Part shown: positions 12,450 to 25,645 of the stretch, one piece after another
How the letters are laid out: every line of letters begins with the position of its first letter
Position numbering within the stretch: the stretch's first letter is position 1
Assembly (NCBI RefSeq): GCF_018350175.1
Contig: NC_058383.1
Span: 16,742,001 to 16,806,000, forward strand
Reading direction: 5' to 3'
Source: Felis catus
Lineage: Eukaryota
DNA: 64,000 bases
The notes under the pieces: generated by a model
The model's input: only the letters and a program-made list of their open reading frames with translations
Databases searched by the model: none
Told to the model about the DNA's origin: nothing
Program-made: the position numbers and the translations under genes

Positions 12450-15400
12450 ATTAATTAATTAATTAATTAATTTTTAAATTTACTTCCAAGTTAGTTAGAA
12501 TAGGGTGTAATAATGATTTCAGGAGTAGATTCCTTTGATTGATCCCTATGTATAACACCCAGTGCTCATCCTAACAAGTGTCTTCCATAATGCCCCTTAC
12601 CCATTTAGTCCATCCCCCAACCCATACCCTTCCAGCAGCCATCATTTTGTTCTCTGTATTTAAGAGTCTCTTATGGTTTGTCACCCTCCCTGTTTTTATA
12701 CTATTTTTGCTTCTCTTCCCTTAAGTTCATCTGTTTTGTATCTTAAATTCCACATAGGAGTAAAGTCATATGGTAACTATGTTTCCCTGGCTAATTTTGT
12801 TTAGCATAATATCCTCTAGTTCTATCCACATTATTACAAGTGGCAAGATTTCATTCTTTTCGATTGCCAAGTAATGCTCCATTGTATATGTATATGAACT
12901 CTTCTTTATCCATTCATCAGTCAATGGACATTTTGGCTCTTTCCATACTTTGGCTATTGTTGATAGCACTGCTATAAACATTGGGGTGCATGTACCCCTT
13001 GGGAACAGCACAACTGTATCCCTTGGATAAGTACCTACTAGTTAGTGCAATTGCTGGCTAGTTCTATTTTTAACATTTTGAGTTTTCTGTACTGTTTTCC
13101 AGAGTGGCGGCACCAGTTTCCATCCCCACCAGCAGTGCAAAAGAGATCCTCTTTCTCCGCATCCTCACCAACATCTGTAATTGCCTGAGTTGTTAATTTT
13201 AGTCACTCGTGTGAGGGGGTATCTCATTGTGGTTTTACTTTGTATTTCCGTGATTATGAGTGATGTGGAGCATTTTTTCATGTGTCTGTTAGACATCTGG
13301 ATGTCTTCCTTGGAAAAGTGTCCATTCATGTCTTTTGCCCTTTTCTTCAATGGATTATTTGTTTTTTTGGGTGTTGAGTTTGATAAGTTCTCTTTAGATT
13401 ATGAATACTAACCCTTTATCTGATATGTCATTTTCAAATATCTTCTCCCATTCCATCAGTTGCCTTTTACTTTTGCTGATTGTTTCCTTCGTGGTGCAGA
13501 AGCTTTCTATCTAGTTCATTTTTGCTTTTGTTTTTCTTGTCCCTCGAGACGTGTTGAGTAAGTATAGATGCTGGAGAGGATGTGGAGAAACGGGAACCCT
13601 CTTGCACTGTTGGTGGGAATGCAAATTGGTGCAGCCACTCTGGAAAAACAGTGTGGAGGTTCCTCAAAAAATTAAAAATATACCTACCCTATGACCCAGC
13701 AATAGCACTGCTAGGAATTTACCCAAGGGATAAGGGAGTACTGATGCATAGGGGCACTTGTACCCCAATGTTTATAGCAGCACTCTCAACAATAGCCAAA
13801 TTATGGAAAGAGCCTAAATGTCCATCCACTGATGAATGGATAAAGAAATTGTGGTTTATATACACAATGGAGTACTATGTGGCAATGAGAAAGGATGAAA
13901 TATGGCCCTTTGTAGCAACATGGATGGGACTGAAGAGTGTTATGCTAAGTGAAATAAGCCATACAGAGAAAGACAGATACCATATGGTTTCACTCTTATG
14001 TGGATCCTGAGAAACTTAACAGAAACCCATGGGGGAGGGGAAGGAAAAAAAAAAGAGGTTAGAGTGGAATAGAGCCAAAGCATGAGAGGCTCTTAAAAAC
14101 TGAGAACAAACTGAGGGTTGATGGGGGGTGGGAGGGAGGGGAGGGTGGGTGATGGGTATTGAGGAGGGCACATTTTGGGATGAGCACTGGGTGTTGTATG
14201 GAAAGCAATTTGACAATAAACTTCATATATTGAAAAAAAAAAAGAAGAAGTTGCTGTGGCCAAGGTCAAAGAGGTTTTTGCCTACTTTCTCCTCTAGGAT
14301 TTTGATGGCTTCCTGTCTTATGTTTAGGTATTTCATCTATTTTGAGTTAATTTTGTGCATGGTGTAAGAAAGTGGTCCAGGTTCATTTTTCACATGTCGC
14401 TCCCCAGTTTTCCCAACACCATTTGCTGAAAAGACTGTCTTTATTCCATTGGATATTCTTTCCCATTTAGTCAAAGATGAGTTGGCCATACATTTGTGAG
14501 TCCATTTCTGGGTTCTCTATTCTGTTCCATTGACTGAAGTTTCTGTTTTTGTGTCTTAGTACCATACTGTTTTGATGATTACAGCTTTCTAATACATCTT
14601 GGAGTCCAGGATTGTGATGCCGCCACCTTTGGTTTTCAAGATTTCTTTAGATATTCACGTTCTTTTCTGGTTCCATACAAATTTTAGGATTGCTTGTTCT
14701 AGCTCTGTGAAGAATGCTTGTGTTATTTTGATAGGGGTTGCATTGAATAAGTAGATTGCTTTTGGTAGTATCAACATTTAAACAATATTTGTTCTTCCAA
14801 TCCAGGAGCATAGAATAGTTTTCCATTTTTTTGTGTATGTCTTCTTCAATTTCTTTCATAAGTTTTCTATAGTTTTTAGTATAGGTTTTTCACCTCTTTG
14901 GTTAGGTTTATACCTAGGTATTTTATGGGTTTTTGTGCAATTGTAAATGGGGTCGATTCCTTGATTTCACTTTCTGTTGCTTCATTATTGGTGTATGGAA
15001 ATGCAACTGATTTTTGTGCATTGATTTTGTATTTTGTGACTGCTGAATTCATGGATCAGTTCTATAAGTTTTTTGGTGGAATATTCTGGGTTTTCCGTAT
15101 AGACTATCATGTCATCTGTTAAGGGTGAAAGTTAGACTTCCTCCTTACTGATTTGGATACCTCTTATTCCTTTGTTTTGTCTGATTGCTGAGGCTAGGAC
15201 TTACAATACTATGTTGAGTAACAGTGGCGAGAGTGGACATCCCTGTTGTGTTCCTGACTTTAGGGGGAAAGTGCTCAGTCATTTCCCCTTGAGAATAATA
15301 TTAGCGGTGGGTCTTTCATATACGGTTTTTATGATCTTGAGGTATGACCCTTCTATACCAACTTTCTTAAGGGTTTTTATCAATAAAGGATGCTGTATTT

Positions 15401-15757
15401 TGTCAAATGCTTTCTCTGCATCTATTATGAGGATCATGTGATTCTTGTCCTTTCCTTTATTGATGTGATGTATCACATTGATTGTTTTGTGGATATTGAA
15501 CCAGCCCTGCATCCTAAGTATAAACCCCACTTGATCATGGTGAATAATTCTTTTAATATATTGTTCATCCGGTTGGCTAGTATCTTGTTGAGGATTCTTG
15601 CATCCATTTTTATTAGGGTAATTGGTCTGTAGTTCTTTTTAGTGGGGTCTTTGTCTGGTTTTGGAGTCAAGGTAATGCTGGATTCATAGAATGAGTTTGG
15701 CAGTTTTACTTCCATTTCTATTTTTTGTAACAGCTTCAAAAGAATAGATGTTAATTG
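12450..15757 (-). mobile_element. 5'-truncated L1 (ORF2 RT to 3'UTR)
   Basis: Minus-strand ORFs match L1 ORF2 ([31 protein letters not shown]). 3'UTR and A-rich tail at ~12450-12480. Confidence 0.95.
13563..14247 (+). mobile_element. Young 5'-truncated L1 nested antisense in the older L1
   Basis: ORF 13582-14010 is the L1 ORF2 C-terminus, followed by a G-rich 3'UTR, AATAAA and polyA. The host L1 reads continuously gagtaag|aagttgctg across it. Confidence 0.93.
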
Positions 15758-15962
15758 TAGGAACACCAGTGTTCTTTATGAGAGATGAGAGTTGGAGAAT
15801 TTTGAGAATGAAGGGACCCTCCTAGCAAGCTGGCTGTCTCAGGCATTGTGTAAAAGATGCTTACTGTGCAGTGTACATTCAGGCAGTTAAGGACAAAGCT
15901 CTTTCCTAAGGTTTATACAGAGGGGCTAAGAATACTTTTACTACATTCATCTAAAATGCTCT

Positions 15963-16192
15963 GGGGCGCCTGGGTGGCGCAGTTGGTTAAGCGTCCGACT
16001 TCAGCCAGGTCACAATCTCACGGTCCGTGAGTTCGAGCCCCGTGTCGGGCTCTGGGCTGATGGCTCAGAGCCTGGAGCCTGTTTCCGATTCTGTGTCTCC
16101 CTCTCTCTCTGCCCCTCGCCCGTTTATGCTCTGTCTCTCTCTGTCCCAAAAATAAATAAACGTTGAAAAAAATTTTTTTTTTAAAAAAATAA
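15963..16192 (+). mobile_element. Young Can-SINE
   Basis: Near-identical to the SINEs at 9396 and 39545. Degenerate TSD taaaat(g/t)ctc. Confidence 0.95.
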
Positions 16193-16258
16193 TAAAATTC
16201 TCATTGACAGTCGCTTTAAGTCTACTATATTTCAAGGCAATTAAGATAAGGCATTTCT

Positions 16259-16477
16259 CGGGTGCCTCAGTGGAGCAGTCTGCTAAGTGTCTGACTCTTG
16301 ATCTTGGCTCAGGTCATGATCTCAGTTCGTGCATTTGATCCCCGCATGTCATGCTTTGTGCTGACGGCATGTTGCCTGCTTGGTATTCTGTCTCTCTTTC
16401 CCTTTGCCCATGCCCCGCTTGTGCTCTCTCTCTCTTTCTGTCTCTCTCAAGTTTAATAAACTTAAAAAAAGAAAAAG
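16259..16477 (+). mobile_element. Older Can-SINE
   Basis: Diverged head, ggctcaggtcatgatctc core, (CT)n tract, A tail. Confidence 0.88.
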
Positions 16478-18300
16478 AATTTCTGTAGCGTTTATGGAGT
16501 ACATTTCAGGAGCACTTTTTATTCAATGGTGAGAAGTCCACGTTTCTTGTGAGACAAATGTGAAGGTAAGAAAGAATGTTTGAAGTACAGTGTAGTCTCG
16601 GGCACTTAAACAGAAGGACCTTCTGATTGCTGATCTAATGAAATTCAAGAATATTTGTCTTAAAAAAAGAACATTTGTCTTAAGAGGCATTTAGAAACCT
16701 TATGGAGAACACAGTTATTTCATGTAGTTAAATAAACACACGTGCATTCCCTAGTGTTTACCAGGATTTAACCACTCTTCTTACTGGATAAATCCAAGAA
16801 GCTAATTCAAAAGTGCTTTAAGCATAGTCTTTTGTCTTCAATTAAACACAAGAGCATTTCCTAAGGCTAAGTAGACCAGGTTTAAACAAAAGTTTTTACT
16901 AGATGTCCATTATAAGCAACATGAAAGATGCATTAACCACAGTGTTGTTTTAGATACTTAACTAACTGAATACTCAGCTAAGTGAATTTTGGCACACTGC
17001 AGATTCAGAGAGTTAAGGTCATGCCCCTTTTCTAGTGCTTTACTATAAGCACTTCTTTCCTGTGTAAGAGGCCTAAGTAAACCACTTGAAACACAGCCTT
17101 TACTTTTAGGACGATAAACACAAGGTCATTATTCTCTCACAAATATGGAGTATTTAATCAAATGGTCCTAGTACATGTATATGAAATCCTACATTAAAGC
17201 CCTTTGAAGAATGCTGTAGTCTTAAGCAGTTAAGCACTGGGCCATTTCCTATTCTTTCTATAGAGTATTTTAATGAGTTTATTTTCATGTATTAAAAGTC
17301 ATTAACTATCTTGAAACAGGGTAGTTTTATGATGTTAAATATAAGTATTTTTAAAATATAATTTGTTGTCAAATTGGCTTCCCTACAATACCCAGTGCTC
17401 ATACCAACAAGTGCCCTTCTCAATGCCCATCACTCTCTTTACCCTCTCCCCCACCCCCCATCAACCCTCAGTTTGTTCTCAGTCCTTAAGAGTCTCTTAT
17501 GGTTTGCATCCATCCCTCTCTGTAACTTTTTTTCCCCTTCCCCTCTCCATGGTCTTCTATTAAGTTTCTCAAGATCCACATGAGTGAAATCATATGGTAT
17601 CTGTCTTTCTCTTCCTGGCTTATTTCACTTAGCATAATACCCTCCAGTTCCATCCACATTGCTACAAATGGCCAGATTTCATTATTTCTCATTGCCAAGT
17701 AATATTCCATTGTATATATAAAACACATATTCTTCATCCATTTGTCAGTTGATGGACATTTAGTCTCTTTCCATAATTTGGCTATTGTTGAAAGTGCTGC
17801 TATAAACATCGGGGTACGTGTGCTCCTATGCATCAGCTCTCCTGTATCTTTGGGTAGATTCCTAGCAGTGCTATTTATGGGTCACAGGGTAGTTGTATTT
17901 TTAATATTTTGAATAACCTCCACACTGTTTTCCAGAGTGACTGCACCAATTTGCATTCCCACCAGCAGTGCAAGAGGGTTCCCATTTCTCCACATCCTCA
18001 CCAGCACGTATAGTCTCCTGATTTGTTCATTTTTAGCCACTCAGACAGGCGTGAGGTGATATCTCATTGTAGTTTTGATTTCTATTTCCCTGATGATGAG
18101 TGATGTTGAGCATTTTTTCATGTGTCTGTTTGCCATCTGGATGTCTTCTTTGGAAAAGTGTCTATTCATGTCTTCCGCCCATTTCTTCACTGGATTATTT
18201 ATTTTTCAGGTGTGGAGTTCGGCGAGTTCTTATAGGTTTTCGATACTAGCCCTTTATCCAATGTCATTTACAAATGTATTTTTCCATTCCGTTTGTTTCC

Positions 18301-18515
18301 TTTTTAAAAAATTTATGTTTACTTATTTCTGAGACAGAGAGAGACAGAGTATGAGGGAGGAACAGGCAGAGAGAGAGGGAAACACAGAATCTGAAGCAGG
18401 CTCCAGGCTCTGAGTGTCAGCACAGAGCCCAACACGGGGCTGGAACCCACAAACCTTGAGATCATGACCTAAGCTGAAGTCAGTCGCTCAACCGACTGAG
18501 CCACCCAGGTGCCCC
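18301..18515 (-). mobile_element. Can-SINE nested in L1
   Basis: Reverse SINE consensus ending ccacccaggtgcccc. Confidence 0.93.
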
Positions 18516-20192
18516 AGTTGGTTACCTTTTAGTTTTGTTGATTGTTTCCTTTGCAGTGCAGAAGCTTTTCATCTTGATGAGGTCCCAATAGTTCATTTTT
18601 ACTTTTAATTCTCTTGCCTTTGGAGATGTGTCGAGTAAGAAATTGCTGTGGCTGAGGTCAAAGAGGTTTTTTCCTGCTTTCTCTTCTAGGGTTTTGATCG
18701 TTTCCTGTCTCACATTCAGGTCCATCATCCATTTTGAGTTTATTTTTGTGTATGGTATAAGAAAGTGGTCCAGTTTCATTCTTCTGCATGTTGCTGTCCA
18801 GGTCTCCCAGCACCATTTGTTAAAGAGACTGTCTTTTTTTCCATTGGATACTCTTTCAATGTATGGTCAAAGATTAGTTGGCCATACATTTGTGGGTTCA
18901 ATTATGGGGTCTCTATTCTATTCCATTGATCTATATGTCTGTTTTTGTGCCAATACCATACTGTCTTGATGATTACAGCTTTGTAGTAGAGGCTAAAGTC
19001 TAGGATTGTGATGCCTCCCGCTTTGGTTTTCTTCTTCAATATTACTTTGGCTATTCGGGGTCTTTTGTGGTTCCATACAAATTTTAGGATTGTTTTTTCT
19101 AGCTTGAAAAGAATGCTGGTGCAATTTTGATTGGGATTTCATTGAATGTATAGATTTCTTTGGGTAATATTGGCATTTTAACAATATCTATTCTTCCAAT
19201 CCATGAGCACGGAATATTTTTCCATTTCTTTGTATCTTCTTCAATTTCCTTCTTAAGCTTTCTATGGTTTTCAGCATACAGATCTTTTACATCTTTGGTT
19301 AAGTTTATTCCTAAGTATTTTATGGTTCTTTGTGCAATTGTGAATGGGATCAGTTTTTTTATTTCTCTTTCTGTTGCCTCATTATTGGTGTATAAAAACG
19401 CAACCTATCTCTGTACATTAATTTTGTATCTTGTGACTTTGCTGAATTTATGTATCAGTTCTAGCAGACTTCTGGTGGAGTCTGTCGGGTTTTCCATGTA
19501 GAGTATCATGTCGTCTGCGAAAAGTGAAAGTTTGACTTCATCTTTGCCAATTTTGATGCCTTTTATTTCATTGTTGTCTGATTGATGATGCTAGGACTTC
19601 CAATACTATGTTAAACAACAGTGGTGAGAGTGGACATCCCTGTCATGTTCTTGATCTCAGGGGGGAAGCTCTCAGTTTTTCCCCATTGAGGATGATATTA
19701 GCTGTGGGATTTTCATAAATGGCTTCTATGATGTTTATGTATGTTCCTTCTATTCCAACTTTCTTGAGGGTTTTCATCAAGAAACGATGCTGTATTTTTG
19801 TCAAATGCTTTTTCTGCATCTATTGACAGGATCATATGGTTCTTATCTTTTCTTTCATTAATGTGATGTATCACATTGATTGATTTGTGAATATTGAACC
19901 AGCTCTGCAGCCCAGGAATGAATCCCACTACATTATGGTGAATAATACTTTTTATATGCTGTTAAATTCGATTTGCTAGTAACTTATTGAGAAATTTTGC
20001 ATCCGTATTCATCAGGGATATTGGCCTGTAGGTCTCTTTTTTTTTTGCTGGGTCTCTGTCTGGTTTGGGAATCAAAGTAATGCTGGCTTCATATAATGAG
20101 TCAGGAAGTTTTCCTTCCATTTCTGTGTAAATATCTTCTAGAATTTACCCAGGGAAGCCATCTGGTCCAGGACTCTTATTTGTTGGGAGATG

Positions 20193-20403
20193 TTTTTTAA
20201 CTTTTATTTATTATTGAGAGACAGAGAGACACAGAGAGCGAGCAGGCGAGGGGTAGAGAGATGGGGAGACACAGAATCCGAAGTAGGTTCCAGGCTCTGA
20301 GCTGTCAGCACAGAGCCCAATGTGGGGCTCGAACTCACAAACTGTGAGATCATGACCTGAACTGAAGTCAGACACTTAACCGACTGAGCCACCCAGGTGC
20401 CCC
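20193..20403 (-). mobile_element. Can-SINE nested in L1
   Basis: Reverse SINE consensus. Flanked by gttgggagat duplications. Confidence 0.93.
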
Positions 20404-23400
20404 AGTTGGGAGATTTTTGATGACTGATTCTATTTCTTAAACAGCTATGGGTCTGTTCAAATTTTCTATCTCTTCATGTTTGAGTTTTGTTGATGTGTGG
20501 GTGTTTAGGAATTTGTCCATTTCTTCCAGGTTGTCCAGTTTGTTGGCAAATAATTTTTCATAGTATTCCCTGATAATTGCTTGTATTTCTTAGGGATTGG
20601 TTGTAATGAGTCCATTTTTATTTGTTATTTTATCTATTTGGGTCCCCTCTCATTTTCTTTTTGAGAATCCTGGCTAGGGGTTTATCAATTTTGTTTATTT
20701 TTTCAAAAAATAAACTCTTGGGTTCATTGATCTGTTCTACTCATTTTGGAGGGTTCTATATTGTTTATTTCTGCTCTGATCTTTATTTCTCTTCCTCTGC
20801 TGGATTTGGAGTGTCTTTGATGTTTTGTTTGTAGTTCCTTTAGGTGTGCTCTTAGATTTTGTATTTGGGATTTTTCTTGTTTCTTGAGATAGTCCTGGAC
20901 TGCAATGTATTTTCCTCTTAGGACTGCCTTTGCTGAATCCCAAAGGGTTTGGATTGTTGTACTTTCATTTTCATTTGTTTCCATATAATCTTTTAATTTC
21001 TTCTCTAATTGCCTGGTGACCCATTCACTCTTTAGTAGTATTTTCTTTAATTCCATTTTGGAAGTTTTCCAGACTTTTTTCTGTAGTTGATTTCAAGTTT
21101 CATAGTATTGTGATCTGAAAGTGTGCATGGTATGATCTCAATTCTCTTATATTTATTGAGGGCTGTTTTGTGACCCAGTATGTGATCTATCTTGGAGAAT
21201 GTTCCATGTGCACTCAAGAAGAAAGTGTATTCTGCTGCTTTGGGATGTAGAGTTCTAAGTATATCTGTCAAGTCCATCTGATCCAAGGTATCATTCAGGG
21301 CCATTGTTTCTTTACTGATTCTATGTCTAGATGATCTCTCCATTGCTGTAAGTGGGGGTATTAAAGTCTCCTGCAATTACCACATTCTTATCAATAAGAT
21401 TTCTTATGTTTGTGATTAATTGTTTTAAATATTTTGGTGCTTCCGAATTCAGTGCATAGACATTTATAATTGTTAGCTCTTCCTGATGGATAGACCCTCT
21501 AATTATGATGTAATGCCCTTCTTCATCTCTTGCCTTTAATTTAAAATCTAGTTTGTCTGAAATAAGTATAGCTACTCCAGCTTTCTTTTGACTTCCAGTA
21601 GCATGATAGATAGTTCTCCATCCCCTCACTTTCTATCTGAAGTGTCCTCAGGTCTGAAATGAGTCTCTTGTAGAGAAAAAATAGAGGGATCATTTTTTTA
21701 TCCATTCTGATACCCTATGTGTTTTTATTAGAAAATTGAGTCCATTTATATTCAGTGTTATTACTGAAAGATATGGGTTTAGAGTCATTGTGTTATCTGT
21801 AGGCTTCATGCTTTTAGTGATGTCTCTGGTACTTTGTGGTCCTTGCAACATTTCACTCACAGAATCCCCTTAGGATCTCTTGTAGGGTTGGTTTAGTGGT
21901 AATGAATTCCTTCAGTTTTTGTTTGGTAAAACCTTTATCTCTCCTTCTATTCTGAATGACGGCTTGCTGCATAAAGGGTTTTTGGATGCATATTTTTCCT
22001 GTTCATCACATTGAAGATCTCCTGCCATTCCTTTCTGGCCTGTCACGTTTCAGTAGATAGGTCTGCTACTACACTTATGCTTCTACCTTTGTAGGTTAAG
22101 GTCTGTTTATCCCTAGCTGCTTTCAGAATTTTCTCTTTATACTTGTATTTTGCCAGTTTCACTATGATACGTCATACAGAAGATCAATTCAAGTTAGGTC
22201 TGAAGGGAGTTCTCTGTGCCTTTCAATGTCTGTTTCCTTCCTCTGAGGATGTTCTCATCTATGATTTGTTCAAGTACATCTTCAGCCCCTTTCTCTCTCT
22301 CTTATTCTTCTGGAATTCCTATGATATGGATGGTGTTCTGTTTGATTGAGTCACTTAGTTCTCTAATTCTGCCCTCTTGATCAGGGATTTTTTTAATCTC
22401 TTTTCTCAGCTTCCTCTTTTTCCATAATTTTATCTTCTAATTCACCTATTCTCTCCTCTGCATCTTCAATCCACGCTGTGGCCACCTCCATTTTATTTTG
22501 CACATTTACAGCATTTTTTAATTCATCATGACTATTTTTTAGTTCCTTGATCTCTGCATTAATAGATTCTTTGCTGTTTTCTATGCCTTTTTCAAGTCCA
22601 GCAATTAATTTTATGACTATTATTCTAAATTCTTGTTCAGTTATATTGCTTATAGCTGTTTTGATCAATTCTTTGTCACTTCTTCCTGGAATTTCTTTTG
22701 AGGGTAATTCTTCTGTTTCATCATTTTGACTAGTTTTCTGTCCCTTATGAGTTTTAAATTCCTGTTATTTGCTCTGAACATTCGAGCACTGCTATATTAA
22801 AGGGGGGGGGGTCATACACTGTCCAGGGCCTGGCCAGTCAGGAAGTGTTTTTTGGAGAGTGTTACCTGTTCTCTGTTTTTGTGACTTTAGTTACTTTATT
22901 TCTCTATTCATAGTGATGTTTTGGACCCTCCATGAAGTGGGCTTTGATTTGTTTCTTGAAGTAGCCCTGGAAAGGAAAACAACAGACAGACAAGAAACAG
23001 AGACACGCAAAGAGAAACAAATAAAACAAACAGACCAAAAAAACCCCACACATACAAACAAACAAAAACAGTTCAAAAGCAAAACAAAAACAAAAACAAA
23101 AACCCAGACACACCAGCCTCAAATAAAGAACAGGGTGGAGGTGGTGCTGATGGAAGAGCACAAAGAAAGAAACGATAAGGGCAGGGACAAAGAGAAAATA
23201 AACTTTGACCAGGCAGAAATACTAAATGGCTTAATCCAGAGACAGAGAAAGAAAAATAAAGAAGGAGGCGGGGGGAGGGGGAATGAAGATAATGTTACCC
23301 AGACAGAGAAACCATATGGCTTGATTATTCCAGAGAGACAGAAAGGAAAGTACCAAAGGAGATGTAGAACATGTATCAAGGCAATAGATTAAATATGTCT

Positions 23401-24449
23401 GCTTAAACAAACCAACAACCAGAGTAATCAGCCTAGAGAAGGGAAGAGATAGGAAGGGAGAACATATCTAAATTTGAAGAATTTTCCCGGAATTAATTCA
23501 GGCTATGCATCATCACTGGTCTGGATGATGGAGCCATCTGGTTGCACAGCATCTATCTGGTTTCAGCAGAAATGCAGTTACCCGGCATGGAGAGACGTGG
23601 TTTGGTGTAGGCTGGTCCCACCTCCACTGTGGGCCCTGGGACTGATCCCTGAGGCCCCGCCTTGGTTGGGGGTGCAAGGGAATGGTGATCCCCTAGTCTT
23701 TTCTCCATGACCCAGTAGGTTCCTTTTGAGTCATCCTCACTGTGCCTCAGGCACAGATGGGTGGTCCTTCTCATTCCCCCTCGACTCTCCTGGCCAGGCG
23801 CTTGGCTAGGATACAAAGACCTGCTCCACGTGCTCTGGCACTGGGGAAGCGCCTCTCTGTGTGGCTTGATATGTGGTCCCAGCTGGCTTTGTGCCACTGC
23901 ACCTCAGGGAGGACCACCTTTTCCTGCTGCAGTTGTGCCACTGACCTCGCCACCAAGCCAGGGGGTGGTGGACGCAGACAGGCTTTGCTCTATCCCACTG
24001 CACTCCAGGGAGGGGACCACTTTCTCCTACTTCGGACTGTGCCTATGATCTACCACCAAACCCAGGGCTGGCTCCCCTCCTTCCCAGGAAGCTGGCTCCA
24101 GTCCAAAGAAAACCCTGAAGATAAAGATAGGATCCCTCTCAGTCCCAGTCTGATGTTTTATCCAGATAAAGTCCAACACTTCTCCAGCCACTCTTTCTCT
24201 TCCCTTTGTCTCTCTGCAGAAGGGGATCCCTCTTCTCCATACCTACACAACCCATTTTATCTCCCCCAGTTCGCAATCACCCACCTATCATTTCTCAAGT
24301 TGTCTCATTTTCCTTCTGGTAGATTTAGTCTCTTTTCCTCCCAGACTCTTGGGGTTCAAAGTCCTTTGGCTTCAGCAATTCTTTGTTTGAGAGATGTGGG
24401 AAGTACTCATCCCCCTACTTCTCCACCATGTTGGTCCCCAATGTCCCAA

Positions 24450-25360
24450 GTATAAGTATTTATAAAAAAAAATTTAAGAACACTTGTTACTTCATGTATT
24501 TTAAAAATATTTGGAGATGTTACTGAACGCATAGCTGCTTCAGGTAGTTAAGCACCTGTGTGTTCCCCGTGATTATTTAGAAAGATGTAAGCACACTTCT
24601 TATTGAGTGAATCTAAGACGCTAACTCAAAGATTCCTTAGATACAATGGCGTTTATGGCAAATAAGTGCATGGCCATTCTCTTTTGGTAATAAAGAAATT
24701 TTAAACAAAATACCCAATTAGATGCATGTGAAAAGCCAAATGAAAGATGTATTAAGCATGGTGTAGTGTGGCAGTGAAATATAAGTCCATTCCCTAGGGT
24801 GTATACAAACAAGTTTAGAAACACTTGTAGTTATAGGTATTTAAAGGGATTTTGAAAACTTCCTTTAAGATACAGCTATTTCAGGCAGTTCAGCACATGG
24901 GCATTATGCAGATGGATGTAAGCGCACTTCTTACTGGATGTTTTTGAGATGCTAATTGACAAATGATTTCAGAAAAACATTTTTCTGGAAATTAAGAACA
25001 TAGACAATCCCTGAGGCGAATATAGAGGGTTTAAACAAGTTACTACTAGATATACACTTAAAGCTACCTTAATAATGCATTATCACTATGTACTTTTAGT
25101 CCCCTAAAGCTAGGCAATTTCTTAGTGCTTCTACACAAGGGTTTAAGAATATTTCTGACTACCCATCCCCAAGAAGCTTTTAAAACGTTCTTGGAGCAAA
25201 GGGTATTTTTCAGAAGTAAAGCACTAGTGTTTACACAGGTTGTGGGGGAAATTGTTACTCTATATGTCTATGAGGGACAAGAGTGTCACTTGAAGCACTC
25301 CTAAAGTGATGTTTTATGCACTTCTGCATGGGGCCTTTCCCTATGGCTAATATAGGATAT
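24450..25360. repeat. Old ~110-bp satellite-like array (part 2, continues after the L1)
   Basis: catt-centred motif at 24675, 24788 and 24902 (113-114 bp apart), with further copies to ~25335. Confidence 0.7.
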
Positions 25361-25645
25361 TTTTTAAAGATCTTATTTAAATTCCAGCTAGTTAATATAC
25401 AGTATAATATTAGTTTCAGGTGTAGAATTCAGTAATTCCACCCTTCCTTACAATTCTCAGTGCACATCACAAAGATAACTCTTTAATCCCCATCCACTTA
25501 AAAACCCATTCTGCACCCATCTCCCCTCAGGTTCCATGATTTTATTCTCTATAGGTAAGGGTATGCTTCTTGTTTGTCACTCTCTTTTTTCCCCCTGTGA
25601 TCATTTTTTGTTTGTTTTGCTTCTTGCACTCCAAATACGAGTGAA
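25361..25645 (-). mobile_element. Carnivore L1 3' end fragment
   Basis: atttaaattccagctagttaa..tagtttcaggtgtagaatt is the reverse of the L1 3' terminus at 63320-63405. Confidence 0.88.

Larger units (their letters stand above)
15850..17350. repeat. Old AT-rich satellite-like array, ~110-bp monomer (part 1)
   Basis: Recurring ttaagcac..gcatt(c/t)cct(a)g..ttta..cttcttactgga motif, e.g. at 16745 and 16855. Confidence 0.65.
17351..24448 (-). mobile_element. Full-length, inactivated L1 (5'UTR, ORF1, ORF2, 3'UTR) with two nested SINEs
   Basis: 5' end ggggaccaacatggtggagaag (~24440). ORF1 coiled-coil (ORF 22393-22668), EN (KKAGVAILISDK, AGDFNTP), RT and C-terminal fragments. TSD tataagtattt at 17340-17350 and 24451-24461. 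Many stops and frameshifts. Confidence 0.95.

Noticed and set aside
23742..24455. 237-aa ORF antisense to the L1 5'UTR (ORF0-like?)
   Set aside because: Non-ATG start, in the GC-rich 5'UTR of a decayed L1, with no recognisable domain. Cannot be supported without conservation across copies.
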